A DNA stretch of 64,000 nucleotides from Asterias rubens (Eukaryota). Below, piece by piece: positions 61,201 to 64,000 of this stretch. Made by a program: the position numbers and the translations under genes. The DNA lies in assembly GCF_902459465.1 (NCBI RefSeq), contig NC_047076.1, positions 7,750,001 through 7,814,000 of the forward strand, written 5' to 3'. Each line of letters begins with the position of its first letter. Position 1 is the first letter of the stretch. The notes beneath the pieces are model-generated. The model was not told the origin of the DNA. It worked only from the letters and a program-made list of their open reading frames with translations, and did no database searches.

Positions 61201-63617
61201 AGGATGCTGGGGTTGGGGGATGAGTTCATGAGAGAAATGACGAAGATGTGTATTGGATGTGGAATGTGGTACAATATTCCAGGAATTTTGGTCATCCTGT
61301 GATTTATGACTTATTTCATTATAACGGTGCTTGCTTTATCTTGGAAACGTTATTATGTTTCCTGGATCCTGCAATGTGGTTTTTGAATACGGTTGTGTGC
61401 TGTTGTGTGTCTTGATAACTTATTGAACAAAGTAACAGAAACAGTTTGTGGTGATTCTGAATGGAATACATTTTTATTAAATAACAGTCTGAATAAGGAA
61501 TCAGTAAACAAAATCACAAAAAAACCTTTTACCTCGTTCACACAGTTTTGGCAAGTAGAAAAGTAACCATCATGGGATTTCAGTTTTGCAAACTTAAAAT
61601 CTCAAATATTTGTGTCTATGTTTATGCCGTAGTCTAATAAATTAAAAACCTACAGTACAGTCCGAAATCCTTCAAATCCTTTTCAGCAAATTGTTTGACT
61701 TTTTAGAATGTGAGCCTTCATGCCCAATTAATAGCTGCTTACCAATGGAAAAGCTAAACCAATCTTAAATCTAAGTCCAAACATTTGGGTGTTGTGTTAA
61801 CAGAGGGTCATTTGGGGGGATTCGGGTGGGGTGGCATTAAGTCTTCGGGGTCAAGTCTTTGACCCTAGGGGTTAGAGTTTACATAAACTATAACAGTAAA
61901 TGGAATTTGACCAAACGGTATATTGTTCATCCACCCCACCCCCCCCCTTCACACAAGAGCATTTTAGCAACGGTCCCTTGCTTAATTGAAGCATACATTG
62001 TGCAGTTGTAGTATTTTACAAAATGTACTTTGTGTGAGAGGACAATGTTCTTGTCCAAGTTCTCTAGCAAAATCTTGTCTAAACATTGCTATATTTTACA
62101 ACCTTGCTAGAATTAAGCAATGGACCCAAGTTAAAGTGTTGTCATGTGAATAGCACTAAAGGCTGTGCATACATGACGCTACTTTGGTACTATCGATTGT
62201 GTGCAGAGAACTCCACTCCATACCCTTATTGCATTATTAATTTCTAATCTTGTAAACTTGTCTGAAATTAAATTTTGCTGGAGAGGCTACAAATCATTAC
62301 TGGGGTCCTGGAGGCACGGGCGTCGCTCAATGTTTTGAAGGCGAGGGCCAATTCTGTCAAATGTTTTTGCAATGTACGTGACAATGTACAAGGACGATGG
62401 CCTTGAAGCGTAATATTGAATGTTGTTGTTTTTTTCATTGAAATGTAGAACAAGATACATGTATTAAATAGAAAATACAAAAACATCACATTGTATTTGT
62501 ACCCAATATAAATATGTGGGATGTCAAAATTTACTTGGCTTATTTTTTTTAATATATATTTATGACACAGTATGTTAAATTTAGATTAAATGGTCTGTTT
62601 ATGCATAAACTGAATATCGCACTTATCATACATTATGCAATACAAACAGTACTATGCAAATAAAACATGTTGTTGTCAATAGGCGTTTCATTTTGTACAG
62701 TATGCAGGTACGTGTGTACAAATTTAGTTTATTACTGTACTACATGTGAGTCATTTTTGGATCAGCTCACACAAGGTGAGACTGAGATGCGATTTTTTTT
62801 GGTCAAGATGGCATGATGTACGTGGTCTGATCATGGAGAAAAGACGGCTGATGTCAAGTTTGAACATTGTGTTCATTTACAGTACAACAGATGTTTCTTT
62901 ATCCCAATATGTTTGATACCATTCAAACCTGTTTTTGTAATGAAGGCACCAATTCATTTTTCTCCTCTTGGCAAAGAACACCCAATACTTAATCGTTAAC
63001 TTCTAGTGGATTTTAAGGGCAACAATAGAGACCATGAGCACTGGAGGCAATTGCCTCTTTTTCCTAATTATGTTTACAACGTTCTTTACATATTAATAAT
63101 GGTGTTAGATTTAAGATTTTTTTTAAAATTACACACAAAATTACAAAGACATAGACAAAATGTTACCAATGCGGCGTAACAGACAGTTTGTCATACATTC
63201 CATAAGCGCTCCTGCTTCATGCATAGTTCCAGATGTTAAATGTCTCTCTATCATGACTAATCAATGACTGTCTACCTGGACAATAGAATGCAATTATGTT
63301 ACCTATCATTTGAACTGTGCAGTAAACAAACAAGGTGATAAACAGTTAAATCAGGGCAGACCATGGAGGAAGGAAATCGGTAGCCTTAAATGCTCATATT
63401 GATTTTATCTACATAAATGTTTTTGTGTATTGTGAGTTTATATTAAGAGATCAGAGGATAACAATTCTCATGGCAGTTTCTGCTTCATTGTAAAAAAAAA
63501 GAAGCTTTTGTAGGGCCTTAAACTCCCAGTACATAATGTTATCAAATTGCCTTGCATCAAGGTTAAAAGGGTCGATATACCTTGGTAATAATTACTCAAA
63601 AAAATTAATGACCTTAA

Positions 63618-63974
63618 AGCATTGGACACTATTGGTAATTACTCAAAATAATTATTGGCATAAAACCTTTCTTGGTGACGAGTAATGGGGAGAGGTTGAT
63701 GATATAAAACATTGTGAGAAACGGCTCCCTCTGAAGTGCCATAGTTTTCGAGAAAGAAGTAATTTTCCACAAATTTGATTTCGTAGAACTTGAGGTCTCG
63801 AAATCAACCATCTAAACGCACACAACTTCGTGTTGCAAGGGTTTTTCTTTCATTATTATCTCGCAAGTTCGATGACCGATTGAGCTCAAATTTTCACAGG
63901 TTTGTTATTTTATGCATATGTTGAGATACACCAACTGTGAAGGCTAGTCTTGACAATTACCAATAGTGTCCACT
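63618..63974. mobile_element. MITE family A
   Basis: TTAA|AGCATTGGACACTATTGG ... CCAATAGTGTCCACT|TTAA. Confidence 0.88.
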
Positions 63975-64000
63975 TTAAGAACTAATTTGGTTTGGTTTGA

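Noticed and set aside
62270-62410. GC-rich patch reading EATNHYWGPGGTGVAQCFEGEGQFC as a possible exon 2 of the secreted-protein gene
   Set aside because: Poor acceptor, and an in-frame stop follows unless a weak donor is used.

Overview
AT-rich eukaryotic (metazoan) genomic DNA, not prokaryotic: no operons, rRNA, intact tRNA genes or CRISPR array are visible, and most ORF-track entries are spurious frames over repeats. The repeat repertoire (tRNA-headed SINEs with L2-type (ATT)n tails, TTAA-flanked AG..CT MITEs, Harbinger- and pogo-type MITEs, an L2 LINE end) suggests a marine invertebrate, possibly an echinoderm (inference, not verified). Genes: (1) a minus-strand spliced gene spanning about 7.7-53.2 kb with small exons and introns up to about 22 kb; the assembled exons give a roughly 200 aa low-complexity P/Q/S/A-rich protein with no domain I recognise; (2) a probable first coding exon of a second minus-strand gene at 1079-1372 that runs off the left edge; (3) a signal-peptide-encoding first coding exon of a plus-strand gene at 56845-56923, divergent from gene 1. 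The rest is intronic or intergenic DNA dense in non-autonomous transposons (13 copies of one TTAA MITE family, several nested insertions), four main tandem arrays and long hairpin elements. Most notable: two unrelated elements sharing a long-hairpin plus short-inverted-repeat architecture, an exon open in all three frames, a T-poor satellite made of Harbinger-like target half-sites with a MITE inserted in it, and degenerate hammerhead-like motifs. All calls are by eye; no searches were run.
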